From Verrucomicrobiia bacterium (GTDB taxonomy: Bacteria > Verrucomicrobiota > Verrucomicrobiia > Chthoniobacterales > UBA6821), in the NCBI GenBank assembly GCA_040380225.1, contig JBEIJN010000001.1:50345-114344 (forward strand): DNA of 64,000 nucleotides, written 5' to 3'. This document shows positions 55,002-64,000 of this stretch, piece by piece; position 1 is the first letter of the stretch; each line of letters begins with the position of its first letter. The translations under genes were made by a program, and so were the position numbers. A model generated the notes under the pieces. The model searched no databases and was not told the origin of the DNA. It was given only the letters and a program-made list of their open reading frames with translations.

Positions 55002-55826
55002 TTATGAAAGTCGGTTTATCTGGTCAGAGTGGGCGCAGGAAGAGGGGTGGTTGGCGAGTGATTTGTGAGGACGATGGACGCCGCGCTGAAGTTCCGGGTC
55101 GCTCTCCTTGCGGCGGGCAGGGAGGCCCTTAAACCAGAGGAGCAGGGCATGCCAGTGGATGCCAAGGATCACCTGCATCGTGAGCAGGGGATACTTCAGC
55201 GAGAAGCGTAGAAGGTTCGCGTCGGTGAGGGGAACCCGCTCTCCGGTGAGCGTGCTGATGAGTTCCCGGTCCTGGCCCCGGTAATCGTCGATCAGGATGC
55301 GCAGTCCGGCATCGGGCGGATGGAAGCGGAAGTCGAACTCGAGATCGAGGTCGGAGAAGGGGGAGACGTAGAAGTGCTTCACGACGCGTGCATGAAAGGT
55401 TCCGTCGGCGGCAAGCGGCACGAGGTAGGGTTTCCATTCGCCGAAGGTATTGCCCACCTCGGCGACCGCGGTCAGCGGTTTTCCCTCCGTGTCGTGGCAG
55501 AAGTAGACCGAGATCGGGTTGAAGATGTAGCCGAGCACTCGCGGGAGAGTCAGCAGCAGGATGCGCCCGACCGGGGCGGTGACTCCCTGCGATCGCAGGT
55601 AGTGCATGATATTCTCACGAGCGGAGGGGGCTCCATGGCTGATGTGGTCGCTCTCCCGGAAGCTGTAGAGTCCGGGGCGGTTGATCCGGAGAAGCCGCAG
55701 AGTGCGGTCGAGTGCCGGCAGTTCGTCGAGATCGATCAGGAAGTAAAAGACCCTGTAGAGGAACTCATGTCGCTTCGGCGCCAGACGCCGGTGAAAGACG
55801 GCGCACTCGTAGAGGCAGGAGTTCAT
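55002..55826 (-). CDS. DUF1365 family protein
   Basis: MNSCLYECAVFHRRLAPKRHEFLYRVFYFLIDLDEL N-terminus typical of DUF1365; ATG 55826. Confidence 0.8.
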   Translation of the reverse strand: MNSCLYECAVFHRRLAPKRHEFLYRVFYFLIDLDELPALDRTLRLLRINRPGLYSFRESDHISHGAPSARENIMHYLRSQGVTAPVGRILLLTLPRVLGYIFNPISVYFCHDTEGKPLTAVAEVGNTFGEWKPYLVPLAADGTFHARVVKHFYVSPFSDLDLEFDFRFHPPDAGLRILIDDYRGQDRELISTLTGERVPLTDANLLRFSLKYPLLTMQVILGIHWHALLLWFKGLPARRKESDPELQRGVHRPHKSLANHPSSCAHSDQINRLS

Positions 55827-55887
55827 CGGGGAATAAGGCTGAAGGCTGAAGGCGGAAGGGGTAATCGGGCCCAGCATTCCTCGGGAT

Positions 55888-55918
55888 CATTCTCTGCGCC
55901 TCAGCGCCTCTGCGCGAG
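55888..55918. repeat. CTCTGCG-family REP-like unit, partly inside the 3' end of the oxidoreductase gene
   Basis: CATTCTCTGCGCCTCAGCGCCTCTGCGCGAG. Confidence 0.75.
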
Positions 55919-57226
55919 CCTGGTAGTGACGGCCTTTGCCGCCTCGAATCCCGACATGCAGGCATCCTCGTGAAAGCCGTATCGGAAGTAGCTTCCGCAG
56001 AAGAAGAGAGGGCCGGCGCGGTTCAGTGACGGCAGTTCCCTCTGTGCCCGGATCGCCGCGAGTGTGAAGACGGGGTGCTCGTAGGTCGTCGAGTAGAGAA
56101 CGCTCGAGGGATCGATCAGGTCGGTGCTGTTGAGGGAGACGAAATAGTTCCGCTTTTGCGAGACGCCCTGGAGGGCATTCATCCAGTAGTGCGTGGTTGC
56201 CCGGGTGTGGCCACCCTTGGGCGCATCGACCCGGAAATTCCACGAGGCCCAGGCGCGGCGTGCGCGCGGCATCACGGAGGCATCGGTGTGAAGGAGGGTC
56301 TCGTTGCGTTGGTAAGCGAAGGGTGAGAGGAGTCGCCGTTGCGCTTCCGATGGGGCTCCCAGCATGGCAAGGCTCTGGTCGGCGTGGGCGGCGAGCACGA
56401 CGGCATCGAAATGCTCCCCGGCTCCCGAGGCGGTGGTGACCCGGGCCCCTCCCGCCTCTTCGGTCACGGAGACAACCGGATCGCCGAGCCTCGGCTGACC
56501 CAGCACCCGGAGCAGTTTTTCCAGGTAGCTGCGGGATCCTCCCCCCACCGTGAACCAGGGGTGGTGGGTGGTGACGCCGAGGAAGCCGTGGTTGTGGAAG
56601 AAATGGAGGAGTGTCGACGCGGGGAAATCGAGGACGCGTCCCGGTTCCGTCGACCAGACGGCGGAACTCATCGGGATCAGGTAGAGATCAACGAAGTCGG
56701 TGCTGAAGCGGTGGCGCCTGCAGAAGGTGGCAAGATCCTCCTCCGCATCCTCCCCGCTATCACCGAGGGATCCGCCGGACTCATCCCGGAGCCAGCGACG
56801 GCCGACGCGGAAGAAGCGCATGATCTCGGAAATCAGGGCGAGGAACCGGAGGTTGCCGATGTTGCAGCGCTGGGCGAAGAGTTTGTTGAGGCCCATGCCG
56901 TTGTATTCGAGACCCGTCGGGAGGTGCTGCACGCTGAGCGACATCTCGCTCGGCTTCGCGACGACGCCGAGTTCGTCGAAGAGGCCACAGAGGTTGGGGT
57001 AGGTGACCTTGTTGAAAACGATGAAGCCGGTGTCGATCGGAAGTTCTCTTCCCTCCTCCCCGACCGTGACCGTGTTGGTGTGGCCGCCCGGGCGCGGCGC
57101 TCCCTCAAGGAGGGTGATATCGCCGAGATCGCGGAGTCTCCAGGCGCAGGAGAGTCCGGCGATCCCTGTGCCGATCACGGCGATGCGGGGGCGGGCGGCC
57201 GCGCTTCCTGCTTCCTTACCCTGCAT
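55901..57226 (-). CDS. FAD-dependent oxidoreductase (amine-oxidase-like, DUF1365-associated)
   Basis: IAVIGTGIAGLSCAWRL dinucleotide-binding motif; 441 aa. Confidence 0.8.
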   Translation of the reverse strand: MQGKEAGSAAARPRIAVIGTGIAGLSCAWRLRDLGDITLLEGAPRPGGHTNTVTVGEEGRELPIDTGFIVFNKVTYPNLCGLFDELGVVAKPSEMSLSVQHLPTGLEYNGMGLNKLFAQRCNIGNLRFLALISEIMRFFRVGRRWLRDESGGSLGDSGEDAEEDLATFCRRHRFSTDFVDLYLIPMSSAVWSTEPGRVLDFPASTLLHFFHNHGFLGVTTHHPWFTVGGGSRSYLEKLLRVLGQPRLGDPVVSVTEEAGGARVTTASGAGEHFDAVVLAAHADQSLAMLGAPSEAQRRLLSPFAYQRNETLLHTDASVMPRARRAWASWNFRVDAPKGGHTRATTHYWMNALQGVSQKRNYFVSLNSTDLIDPSSVLYSTTYEHPVFTLAAIRAQRELPSLNRAGPLFFCGSYFRYGFHEDACMSGFEAAKAVTTRLAQRR

Positions 57227-58157
57227 GGGTCAGATGGTTTTCCTCGGCGTAGGCGCTCTCGGGCACCCGCTTCAGGTCGCTGATGATGCCGAGCGCGGCG
57301 AGAAGGCGGAGGGTGTAATAGGTCGGGTCGATCTCCCACCAGTACAAGCCCTGTCGGGCCGCCGACTGATAGCGGTGGTGGTTGTTGTGCCACCCCTCGC
57401 CGAGGGTGATGAGCGCGAGGAGGAAGCTGTTGCGACTGTCGTCGCCGGTGTCGTAGCGGGGCTTCCCCCAGACATGGGCCATGGAGTTGATGCAGCAGGT
57501 GCCGTGAAACAGCAGGACCGTGCTGATGAAGCCTCCCCAGACGAGCATCTGGAGTCCGGAGGTGCGGAGCCCGGGATCGTAAGCCGCCAGAAGGGCTCCG
57601 AGTCCGTAGGTGAGGAGGGCAAGGAGCAGGGGGCCGATCAGGTCGAAGCGGTTGAGAAAGACCAACTCGGGGAACTTGGCGAGGTCGGGAATGAGTCTGT
57701 AGTCTGTCGGGAAGTTCCGGCTGCTGGTCATCCAGCCGATATGGGCCCACAGGAATCCTTTCTGCCTGGGGGAGTGAACATCGACCTCCTCGTCCGAGTG
57801 GGCGTGATGGTGGCGGTGGACGGCGGCCCACCAGAGGGCGCCGCGCTGGACGCAGAGCAGGCCGAGGAGCGCGAAGAGGAACTGGACGGGGCGGCTTGTC
57901 TTGTACGCCTTATGGCAGAAGTAGCGGTGGTAGATGCCGGTAATGAAGAACATCCGCACAAGGTAGAGCAGCGCGCAGACGATAACGGCCACCGGGCTCC
58001 ATCCGACCCAGATCACGCCGAGGCAGCCCAGGTGCAGGACCGCGAAGGGCAGGACCTTTCCCCACTCCATTTTCTCCGGCAGCGCACGCGTCTGATCGAG
58101 CCCCAGGGGGAAATGATCCGAATCGATGGCCCGGATCAGCGGTGAGAGGATGCTCAT
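57216..58157 (-). CDS. acyl-CoA/acyl-lipid delta-9-type fatty acid desaturase
   Basis: Three His boxes (HRYFCH, HRHHHAHSD, HNNHHRY); ATG 58157. Confidence 0.85.
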   Translation of the reverse strand: MSILSPLIRAIDSDHFPLGLDQTRALPEKMEWGKVLPFAVLHLGCLGVIWVGWSPVAVIVCALLYLVRMFFITGIYHRYFCHKAYKTSRPVQFLFALLGLLCVQRGALWWAAVHRHHHAHSDEEVDVHSPRQKGFLWAHIGWMTSSRNFPTDYRLIPDLAKFPELVFLNRFDLIGPLLLALLTYGLGALLAAYDPGLRTSGLQMLVWGGFISTVLLFHGTCCINSMAHVWGKPRYDTGDDSRNSFLLALITLGEGWHNNHHRYQSAARQGLYWWEIDPTYYTLRLLAALGIISDLKRVPESAYAEENHLTHAG

Positions 58158-58173
58158 CAAGCGGTCCGGAGTA

Positions 58174-59109
58174 TCAGTCCGACGAGATGCCGAACTCTCC
58201 AAGGAGTCGGTGGAGGTCGTCGGAGCCGTAGTATTCGATGGCGATGTGCCCCTTCTTCTCCGCATGGGTGAGGGAGACGCGCGTGGAGAACCGGTGCTGG
58301 AGCTTGTTCTCGACGTGCTTGAGGGCAGGGGGGAGTTCGGCGGGCTTGCGTCCGCCTTTGCCTCCGGGTTTGCGGGGCTTGGTACCCTCGAGATGGGATG
58401 CCACGAGCTGCTCCGCGTCGCGGACGGATGCGTTGCTACGGATCAGTTTCTCCGCGAGAAGGCGCTGCTCCGCATGATCCTTGACCGCCAGGAGGACCTT
58501 GGCATGGCCGACCGTCAGGCGACCCTGCGTGAGGTGGGACTGCACCTCGCCGTCGAGTTCCATGAGGCGCATGGCATTGGCCACCGCGGGACGGCTTTTG
58601 CCGACTCGTTTGCAGATCTCCTCCTGGGTGAGGCGGAATTCCTTGGAGAGCCTGAGGTAGGCGGCGCCCTCTTCGATCGGATTGAGCCCCTCGCGCTGGA
58701 GGTTCTCGATGAGGGCGAGCTCAAGGACCTCCTGGTCGCTGGCCTTGCGGATGATGACGGGAGCCTCGGTCAGGCCGACCTCCATCGAGGCGCGCATACG
58801 GCGCTCTCCGGCGATCAGTTCGTATTTCCCTGCGGCAAGACGGACGATGAGCGGCTGGATGATGCCGCGCTCACGGATCGAATCGATCAGGTCTCGCAGT
58901 TGGTCGTCGCGGAACTCCGTGCGGGGCTGGAGCGGGCTGGGAACGATCTGGTCGAGTCGGATCTGCTGGATGCGCTCCCCGTGTTCCTCCGAGGGGACCG
59001 GGGCGGCGACACGCGTGTTGATCAGGGCGCCCAGACCTTTGCCAAGACCCTTCCCAAGGCCTTTGCCCAAGGATTGCTTCCCGTCGTTTCCGCTCGCTGA
59101 CTTTGACAT
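58174..59109 (-). CDS. parB: ParB/Spo0J chromosome partitioning protein
   Basis: IAGERR arginine patch, HTH LTQEEICKRVGKSRPAVANAMRL, (GKGL)x3 N-terminal repeat; ATG 59109. Confidence 0.9.
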   Translation of the reverse strand: MSKSASGNDGKQSLGKGLGKGLGKGLGALINTRVAAPVPSEEHGERIQQIRLDQIVPSPLQPRTEFRDDQLRDLIDSIRERGIIQPLIVRLAAGKYELIAGERRMRASMEVGLTEAPVIIRKASDQEVLELALIENLQREGLNPIEEGAAYLRLSKEFRLTQEEICKRVGKSRPAVANAMRLMELDGEVQSHLTQGRLTVGHAKVLLAVKDHAEQRLLAEKLIRSNASVRDAEQLVASHLEGTKPRKPGGKGGRKPAELPPALKHVENKLQHRFSTRVSLTHAEKKGHIAIEYYGSDDLHRLLGEFGISSD

Positions 59110-59208
59110 GAAGTGGATCGTAGAGCAGGCCGCGATGAATCGGGAAGAAAAAGGTGGGCTCTTCGCTATTGTGAGTGGGGGAATGTTCCGGAAAAGACAA
59201 GGAATGAG

Positions 59209-59380
59209 TTTCACGCAAAGGACGCAACGATCGCAAAGAGGGGTTTCGCTTTGCTGTGTTTTTACTGGCAGGGTAGTTGCAAGAATTCTCAAAAAATCCA
59301 CCGTTCTTCCCCCCCCCATAGTTTCATCGGGCGCTACTCTTTGATCCTACCTTGGCGTCCGTTGCGTCCGTTGCGTGAAA
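59209..59380. repeat. 21-bp inverted repeat (1 mismatch) spaced by 130 nt upstream of parB
   Basis: TTTCACGCAAAGGACGCAACG (59209-59229) versus CGTTGCGTCCGTTGCGTGAAA (59360-59380). Confidence 0.85.
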
Positions 59381-59537
59381 ATATCATGCAATCAACCCAC
59401 TGCAAACGGCGAGGCGCCAAAAGGTGCGATGGGGACGGGGGTTGGTGAGTCAATGGGGTCATCGACCTCCATGCCTTTGCCCGTTCGTGCTTTTCCACCT
59501 TGTCACTCCCTCCGGCTTTTCCACATGTTGACGCCCA

Positions 59538-60200
59538 ATGTTTGACTCACTGGATCTGATTCTGCCCGATGAGGCGCATGACGGGCCGATGCAGATGGCG
59601 CTCGACGAGGTGCTTCTGGGAACTGTCGTTCGACCGACTCTCAGGATTTACCGCTGGTCCTCTCCCTGCGTGAGCTTCGGCTACTTTCAGACATTCGCTG
59701 CGGTGAGGGAAGCTTACCCAATGATTCCCGTGGTGAGGCGTTGGACGGGCGGGGGAATGGTCGAGCATGGAAAGGATCTGACCTTTTCCTTGATGCTTCC
59801 CAAGGAAGCGGAGGCGGCCTCGATGCCTCCGGCATTATTCTATCGGGAACTTCATGGGAAAATGGCCTCCTGGCTTGCCGAAGTGGTCTCCTCAGAGGTG
59901 CGCCTTGCGGGAAGGGCCGATATTCAGGCTGGTCCGGCCTGTTTCTCGGCACCCGCAGGTGATGATCTTCTCCTCTCGGGAGAAAAGATCCTGGGAGGGG
60001 CGCAGCGGCGCAGTGCCGGGGCACTGCTCTATCAGGGAAGCCTTCAGCGGTTGGAGCGACTTCCCTTGGACTGTCTGGCGATGGCTCGGTCGCTCAGTCT
60101 ACGGGTTGATGAACAGCAGATCGGGCGCGCTCTGATGGGGGAAGCCAATCTGTTGGCGGAAAGGCGCTACCGCTCGAAAGAGTGGGTGTTGCGAAGGTAG
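59538..60200 (+). CDS. biotin/lipoate A/B protein ligase family protein (LplA-like catalytic domain only)
   Basis: MQMALDEVLL...RIYRWSSPCVSFGYFQ...RRWTGGGMVEHG pattern; 220 aa. Confidence 0.7.
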   Translation: MFDSLDLILPDEAHDGPMQMALDEVLLGTVVRPTLRIYRWSSPCVSFGYFQTFAAVREAYPMIPVVRRWTGGGMVEHGKDLTFSLMLPKEAEAASMPPALFYRELHGKMASWLAEVVSSEVRLAGRADIQAGPACFSAPAGDDLLLSGEKILGGAQRRSAGALLYQGSLQRLERLPLDCLAMARSLSLRVDEQQIGRALMGEANLLAERRYRSKEWVLRR

Positions 60201-60337
60201 GGAATGCATCAAGGCGGGAAAAATCCGACGGGACAGCCATTGGGAACAGATTCTTGTAGCGGGGCGGATTCCCGAAAAGCGGATCGTTGTTGATGACTTC
60301 CCTCAATCACACCACACTGCAAACCCGTAATCTGTCC

Positions 60338-61345
60338 ATGAATCGTCCCTTTCTTGCAGCGGCTCTGATCGCCTCATCGGCTTTGCCCAACCTCGGGGCA
60401 GCCACCGCGATCACGGGATCCGGGGCCACCTTTCCGGCGCCGCTCTACCAGCGCTGGGCTTCCGATTTCAAGAAGGTCAATGCCGATGTGATGGTCAACT
60501 ATCAATCCATCGGGAGCGGCGCGGGTGTCACCCAGTTCCTTCAAGGGGTTACCGATTTTGGTGCCAGTGACACGGCAATGAAGGATGAGGAGATCTCTCA
60601 TGCCAGGCAGAATGCGGTGATGATTCCCGCCACAGCCGGATCGATCGTGCTGGCATACAATGTTCCGGGAGTTCAGACAGGCCTGAAGCTGAGCCGCACC
60701 GCCTACATCGGTATCCTGGTCGGCGGCATCACCAAGTGGAACGACCCTGCCATCGCCAAGGCGAATCCCGGCGTGAATCTTCCCGCTGTGCCGATCACGG
60801 TGATCAGCCGTTCCGATGGAAGCGGAACCACCGCCGTCTTCACCGGTCACTGTGCCGAGGTGAGTGCCGAGTTCAAGGAGAAGGTGGGCAGCGGCAAGGC
60901 CGTCACTTGGCCGGTCGGGGTGGCCGGAAAGGGGAACGAAGGGGTCACCGCCCTGATCAAGCAGACTCCGGGCGCCATCGGTTACGTGGAGTATGGTTTC
61001 GCGGCGTACAATAATCTGGCAATGGCAGCTCTGGAGAACAAGGCGCAGAACTTCATCTCCCCTTCCATCGAGAGCTGTGCCGCCACGCTCGCATCGGTGA
61101 AACTCCCCGGCGATCTCCGGGCCTTCATTCTGGATCCGGAGGGGTCCAATGACTACCCGGTCGTCACCTTCACCTGGGTTCTCGTCAAGAAGACCTACGG
61201 CGATGCCGCCAAGGCCGCCGGCGTGAAGGCCTTCGTCACGTACGGTCTCACCACCGGGCAGGCCGCCGCTCCGCAACTCGGCTATGTCACCCTTCCCCCC
61301 GAAGTGGTTACGAAGGCCATGGCAGCCCTGGAGGCGGTCAAGTGA
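60338..61345 (+). CDS. pstS: phosphate ABC transporter substrate-binding protein
   Basis: ITGSGATFPAPLYQRW and SRSDGSGTT motifs; ATG 60338 gives a signal peptide. Confidence 0.9.
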   Translation: MNRPFLAAALIASSALPNLGAATAITGSGATFPAPLYQRWASDFKKVNADVMVNYQSIGSGAGVTQFLQGVTDFGASDTAMKDEEISHARQNAVMIPATAGSIVLAYNVPGVQTGLKLSRTAYIGILVGGITKWNDPAIAKANPGVNLPAVPITVISRSDGSGTTAVFTGHCAEVSAEFKEKVGSGKAVTWPVGVAGKGNEGVTALIKQTPGAIGYVEYGFAAYNNLAMAALENKAQNFISPSIESCAATLASVKLPGDLRAFILDPEGSNDYPVVTFTWVLVKKTYGDAAKAAGVKAFVTYGLTTGQAAAPQLGYVTLPPEVVTKAMAALEAVK

Positions 61346-61354
61346 TTCCCTGAA

Positions 61355-62323
61355 GTGACCTTGGGAGAAAAATCGATCACGACTCGACTCGGAGGGCCGG
61401 CCAACCGGCCCTACCGCCCCCGTGCGGACTTGTTCCGGGCCGCCTGCTGGATTGCCTCGGCGCTGACCGTTGCGCTGCTCGTCTTTATTCTGGGAGAGAT
61501 CCTCTGCAAGGCATGGCCGGCCATTACTAAGTTCGGCCTCGGCTTCCTCAGCGGTGTCCAGTGGAGTCCTAACCGGGGGGTGTTCGGCGTACTCCCCGTC
61601 CTCATCGGCACCGCGGCAAGCAGCCTGCTTGCGCTGCTCTTTGCACTGCCGCTCGGGCTGGCCATCGCCATTTTCCTGAGCGAGAACTTTCTGCCCCGAC
61701 CTGTCCGTCAGTTCATCCGCTTCATGGTCGAGTTGCTCGCCGCGATTCCGAGCGTCGTCTACGGACTCTGGGGCATCTTTATCGTTGTCCCCCTGGTGCA
61801 GCAATACGGGGCGGTCCTTGCGGACAAACTCGGATTCCTTCCTCTCTTTGCCGGTCCCACCTACGGCAACAGCCTCCTGACCGCCAGCCTGGTGCTGGCA
61901 CTGATGGTGCTGCCGACCATCACCGCCATTTCCAGAAACTCGCTCGTTGCCGTCCCGCCGACGCTCCGCGAGGTCTCCTACGCCCTCGGGGCCACCCGCT
62001 GGGAGACGATTCTCGGAGTCATCCTGCCTACCGCGGCTCCCGGCATCGTCGCCTCGACGATTCTGTCATTCGGCCGCGCGATGGGTGAGACCATGGCGGT
62101 GGCCATGCTGATCGGCAACAGCCAGCGACTCTCCTGGTCGCTGCTTTCCCCCTCCAATACCCTCTCCGCCCTGCTTGCCAACCAGTTTGCCGAGGCCGAG
62201 GGAATCCAGATCAGCGCCCTGATGTATGCGGCGTTGGTCCTCGTGATCATGACCCTGGCGGTCAATATCGCCGGTGATGCCGTTCTCCGGCGGACTCAGC
62301 GCTCCCTGGTGGGGCTGAAATAA
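61355..62323 (+). CDS. pstC: phosphate ABC transporter permease PstC
   Basis: 6 TM helices, EAA-like loop (REVSYALGATRWETI); GTG start. Confidence 0.9.
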   Translation: MTLGEKSITTRLGGPANRPYRPRADLFRAACWIASALTVALLVFILGEILCKAWPAITKFGLGFLSGVQWSPNRGVFGVLPVLIGTAASSLLALLFALPLGLAIAIFLSENFLPRPVRQFIRFMVELLAAIPSVVYGLWGIFIVVPLVQQYGAVLADKLGFLPLFAGPTYGNSLLTASLVLALMVLPTITAISRNSLVAVPPTLREVSYALGATRWETILGVILPTAAPGIVASTILSFGRAMGETMAVAMLIGNSQRLSWSLLSPSNTLSALLANQFAEAEGIQISALMYAALVLVIMTLAVNIAGDAVLRRTQRSLVGLK

Positions 62324-62335
62324 GGAGACCCGACG

Positions 62336-63223
62336 ATGAGTCACCCTACGAAGGCATCCGGAAATTTCTTCACTCAGGACGGGAAGGGGATTTCCCCGCT
62401 CCGGTTGATCCGCAACGGCCTCCTGACCGGTCTCTGCATCTCCCTCTCCCTGCTGACGCTGCTTCCGCTTTTTTCCATCGTGATGCTGGTGGTGAGGAAC
62501 GGGTTGCCGCTCATCAGTCCCTCCCTCTTCACGGAACTGCCCCCTCCTCCGGGACTCGAGGGGGGGGGCTTTGCCAATGCCATCATCGGCACGGTGATCA
62601 TGGTCGGCATCGCCCTGATGCTGGCGATCCCGCTAGGCATTCTGGCCGCCATCCACATCACCGAGTATGCGCCCGCGTCGCTCCTCTCGAAGTGCGTGCG
62701 CTTGGTTGCCAAGCTGCTCAACGGCATCCCCTCGATCATCTGCGGCGTCTTCGCCTTTGCCGCCATCGTGATGACGATGCACGGCTTCTCCGCCTTTGCG
62801 GGAGGTGTCGCGCTCTCCATCCTCATCCTGCCGACGATCCTGCTGACTGCCGAGCAGGCCCTCCTTGATGTTCCCAATGCCTACCGGGAGGCCTCCTTGG
62901 GGCTCGGAGCCACCCCGTTTCAGACGATCTTTCGGATCGTCCTGCCCGATGCCCTTCCGACGATCATGACGGGTGTGATGCTTGCCGTGGCGCGTGCGGC
63001 GGGAGAGACGGCTCCAGTCCTCTTCACCGCCCTGTTCAGCGCCAACTGGATCCATTCCATCATGGAGCCGACCGCCTCCCTCTCGGTGCTGATCTACAAT
63101 TTCGCTGCACTCCCCTTCGACTATCAGGTGAAGATGGCATGGTCCGCCTCCCTCATCCTGGTGACTCTGGTGACCGTCACCAATGTCCTTGCGCAGATTT
63201 TCTTCAGACCCAAGCATCGCTGA
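62336..63223 (+). CDS. pstA: phosphate ABC transporter permease PstA
   Basis: [24 protein letters not shown] loop; 295 aa. Confidence 0.9.
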   Translation: MSHPTKASGNFFTQDGKGISPLRLIRNGLLTGLCISLSLLTLLPLFSIVMLVVRNGLPLISPSLFTELPPPPGLEGGGFANAIIGTVIMVGIALMLAIPLGILAAIHITEYAPASLLSKCVRLVAKLLNGIPSIICGVFAFAAIVMTMHGFSAFAGGVALSILILPTILLTAEQALLDVPNAYREASLGLGATPFQTIFRIVLPDALPTIMTGVMLAVARAAGETAPVLFTALFSANWIHSIMEPTASLSVLIYNFAALPFDYQVKMAWSASLILVTLVTVTNVLAQIFFRPKHR

Positions 63224-63272
63224 TTCCGAATCCTGGGCAAGCCCGCCCGTTCCAACCGAACCCATCCCCTCC

Positions 63273-64000
63273 ATGTCCGAATCCCCGACAAGCCCGCCGA
63301 TGCTCACCGATGACTTCGCTCCGGGCGAGATCAACTTCATGAAGGTGGATGATTTCAGCTTCTTCTACGGGAAGAAGCAGGCCCTGCACGACATCAATCT
63401 CACGATCCCGTCGAGGAAAGTGACCGCCTTCATCGGTCCCTCGGGATGCGGCAAGTCAACGCTGCTGCGAAACTTCAACCGGATGAACGAGCTCATCCCC
63501 GGTATCCGTCACGAAGGGGACATCAGCATTCACGGAACGAGCATCTACGATCCCTCCGTGGAGGTCATCGCCCTGCGCCGCCGCATCGGCATGGTCTTCC
63601 AGAAGTCGAACCCCTTCCCGATGTCGATCTACGAGAACATCGTCTATCCCCTCCGCATCGCCGGGGAGAAGAACCGTGCCGTGCTCGATGAGGCCGTGGA
63701 GCGCTGCCTCCGATCCGCCGCACTTTGGGAGGAGGTGAAGGACCGCCTTCACGAGAGCGCCCTCAGTCTCTCCGGCGGCCAGATGCAGCGTCTCTGCATC
63801 GCCCGCGCGATCGCAAGCCGTCCCGAAATCCTGCTCATGGATGAGCCCTGCTCGGCCCTCGATCCGATCGCGACGGCGAAGGTGGAGGAGTTGATCATCG
63901 AGCTCAAGAAGGAGTTCACCATCCTCATCGTCACCCACAACATGCATCAGGCGAGCCGGGTTTCCGACCTCACAGCCTTCTTCTATCTGGGCAGTCTGGT
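63273..64000 (+). CDS. pstB: phosphate ABC transporter ATP-binding protein PstB, 3' end outside window (absent from ORF track)
   Basis: Hand translation from ATG 63273: GPSGCGKST Walker [15 protein letters not shown] signature, LLMDEP Walker [13 protein letters not shown]. Confidence 0.9.
   Translation, partial: MSESPTSPPMLTDDFAPGEINFMKVDDFSFFYGKKQALHDINLTIPSRKVTAFIGPSGCGKSTLLRNFNRMNELIPGIRHEGDISIHGTSIYDPSVEVIALRRRIGMVFQKSNPFPMSIYENIVYPLRIAGEKNRAVLDEAVERCLRSAALWEEVKDRLHESALSLSGGQMQRLCIARAIASRPEILLMDEPCSALDPIATAKVEELIIELKKEFTILIVTHNMHQASRVSDLTAFFYLGSL

Noticed and set aside
59209-59380. parS site upstream of parB
   Set aside because: Only half-sites (TTTCACG and CGTGAAA) are present, and they are 150 nt apart at the ends of an inverted repeat. 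No contiguous 16-bp palindrome is seen. It is kept as a low-confidence note, not called as a feature.
60201-60337. Pho box upstream of pstS
   Set aside because: CTGCAAACCCGTAATCTGTCC only loosely resembles the enterobacterial CTGTCAT direct-repeat consensus. That consensus is not established for this phylum, so there is no support for a call.
56339-61804. Long ORFs 56339-57283(+), 57003-58145(+), 58126-59100(+) and 60374-61804(-)
   Set aside because: They are antisense to the oxidoreductase, desaturase, parB and pstS/pstC genes respectively. No motifs are present, and this is a high-GC artefact.

Overview
High-GC bacterial chromosomal segment. The gene content (a PVC-type small basic protein, a deoxyhypusine-synthase-like gene, a T2SS/T4P hybrid operon, leaders without a Shine-Dalgarno sequence) suggests a Verrucomicrobiota-like organism; this is inference. 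I support about 66 protein genes, three of which are absent from the supplied ORF track (two are under 60 aa, one runs off the 3' edge), and one tRNA-Ala(GGC). Housekeeping content: zwf with a short gnd-like gene and a second full-length gnd; fabD, leuB, kup, guaB, fbaB, ilvH-ilvC; scattered Fe-S genes (NifS-like, IscU-like, SufT-like, rhodanese); psd-pssA-pgsA; ccs1/ccsA; rpmH-rnpA-yidD-yidC-jag; parB without parA; pstSCAB at the 3' edge. The largest functional block is an 11-gene minus-strand operon (23367 to 12599) for a type II secretion / type IV pilus-like machine. Six consecutive gene junctions in it overlap as ATGA, and no platform protein or prepilin peptidase is encoded anywhere in the window. 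I see no rRNA, CRISPR, integrase or transposase. The unusual signals are mostly non-coding. (i) Leaders just upstream of start codons are nearly free of G and built from tandem 7-8 nt words. (ii) Several dispersed repeat families are present: a CTCTGCG REP-like unit, AGGAA/TTCCT inverted arm pairs, and ATATGGAACTCAG inverted pairs. (iii) A 274-bp MITE-like element with perfect 18-bp terminal inverted repeats abuts the secretion operon start. (iv) An AT-richer 578-bp insertion with 16-bp direct repeats rebuilds the 3' end of the upstream gene and carries an overlapping two-gene cassette. (v) A 23-bp duplicate of the tRNA-Ala 3' end lies 320 bp downstream, as an att-like scar. All homology calls come from reading the translations; no searches were run.
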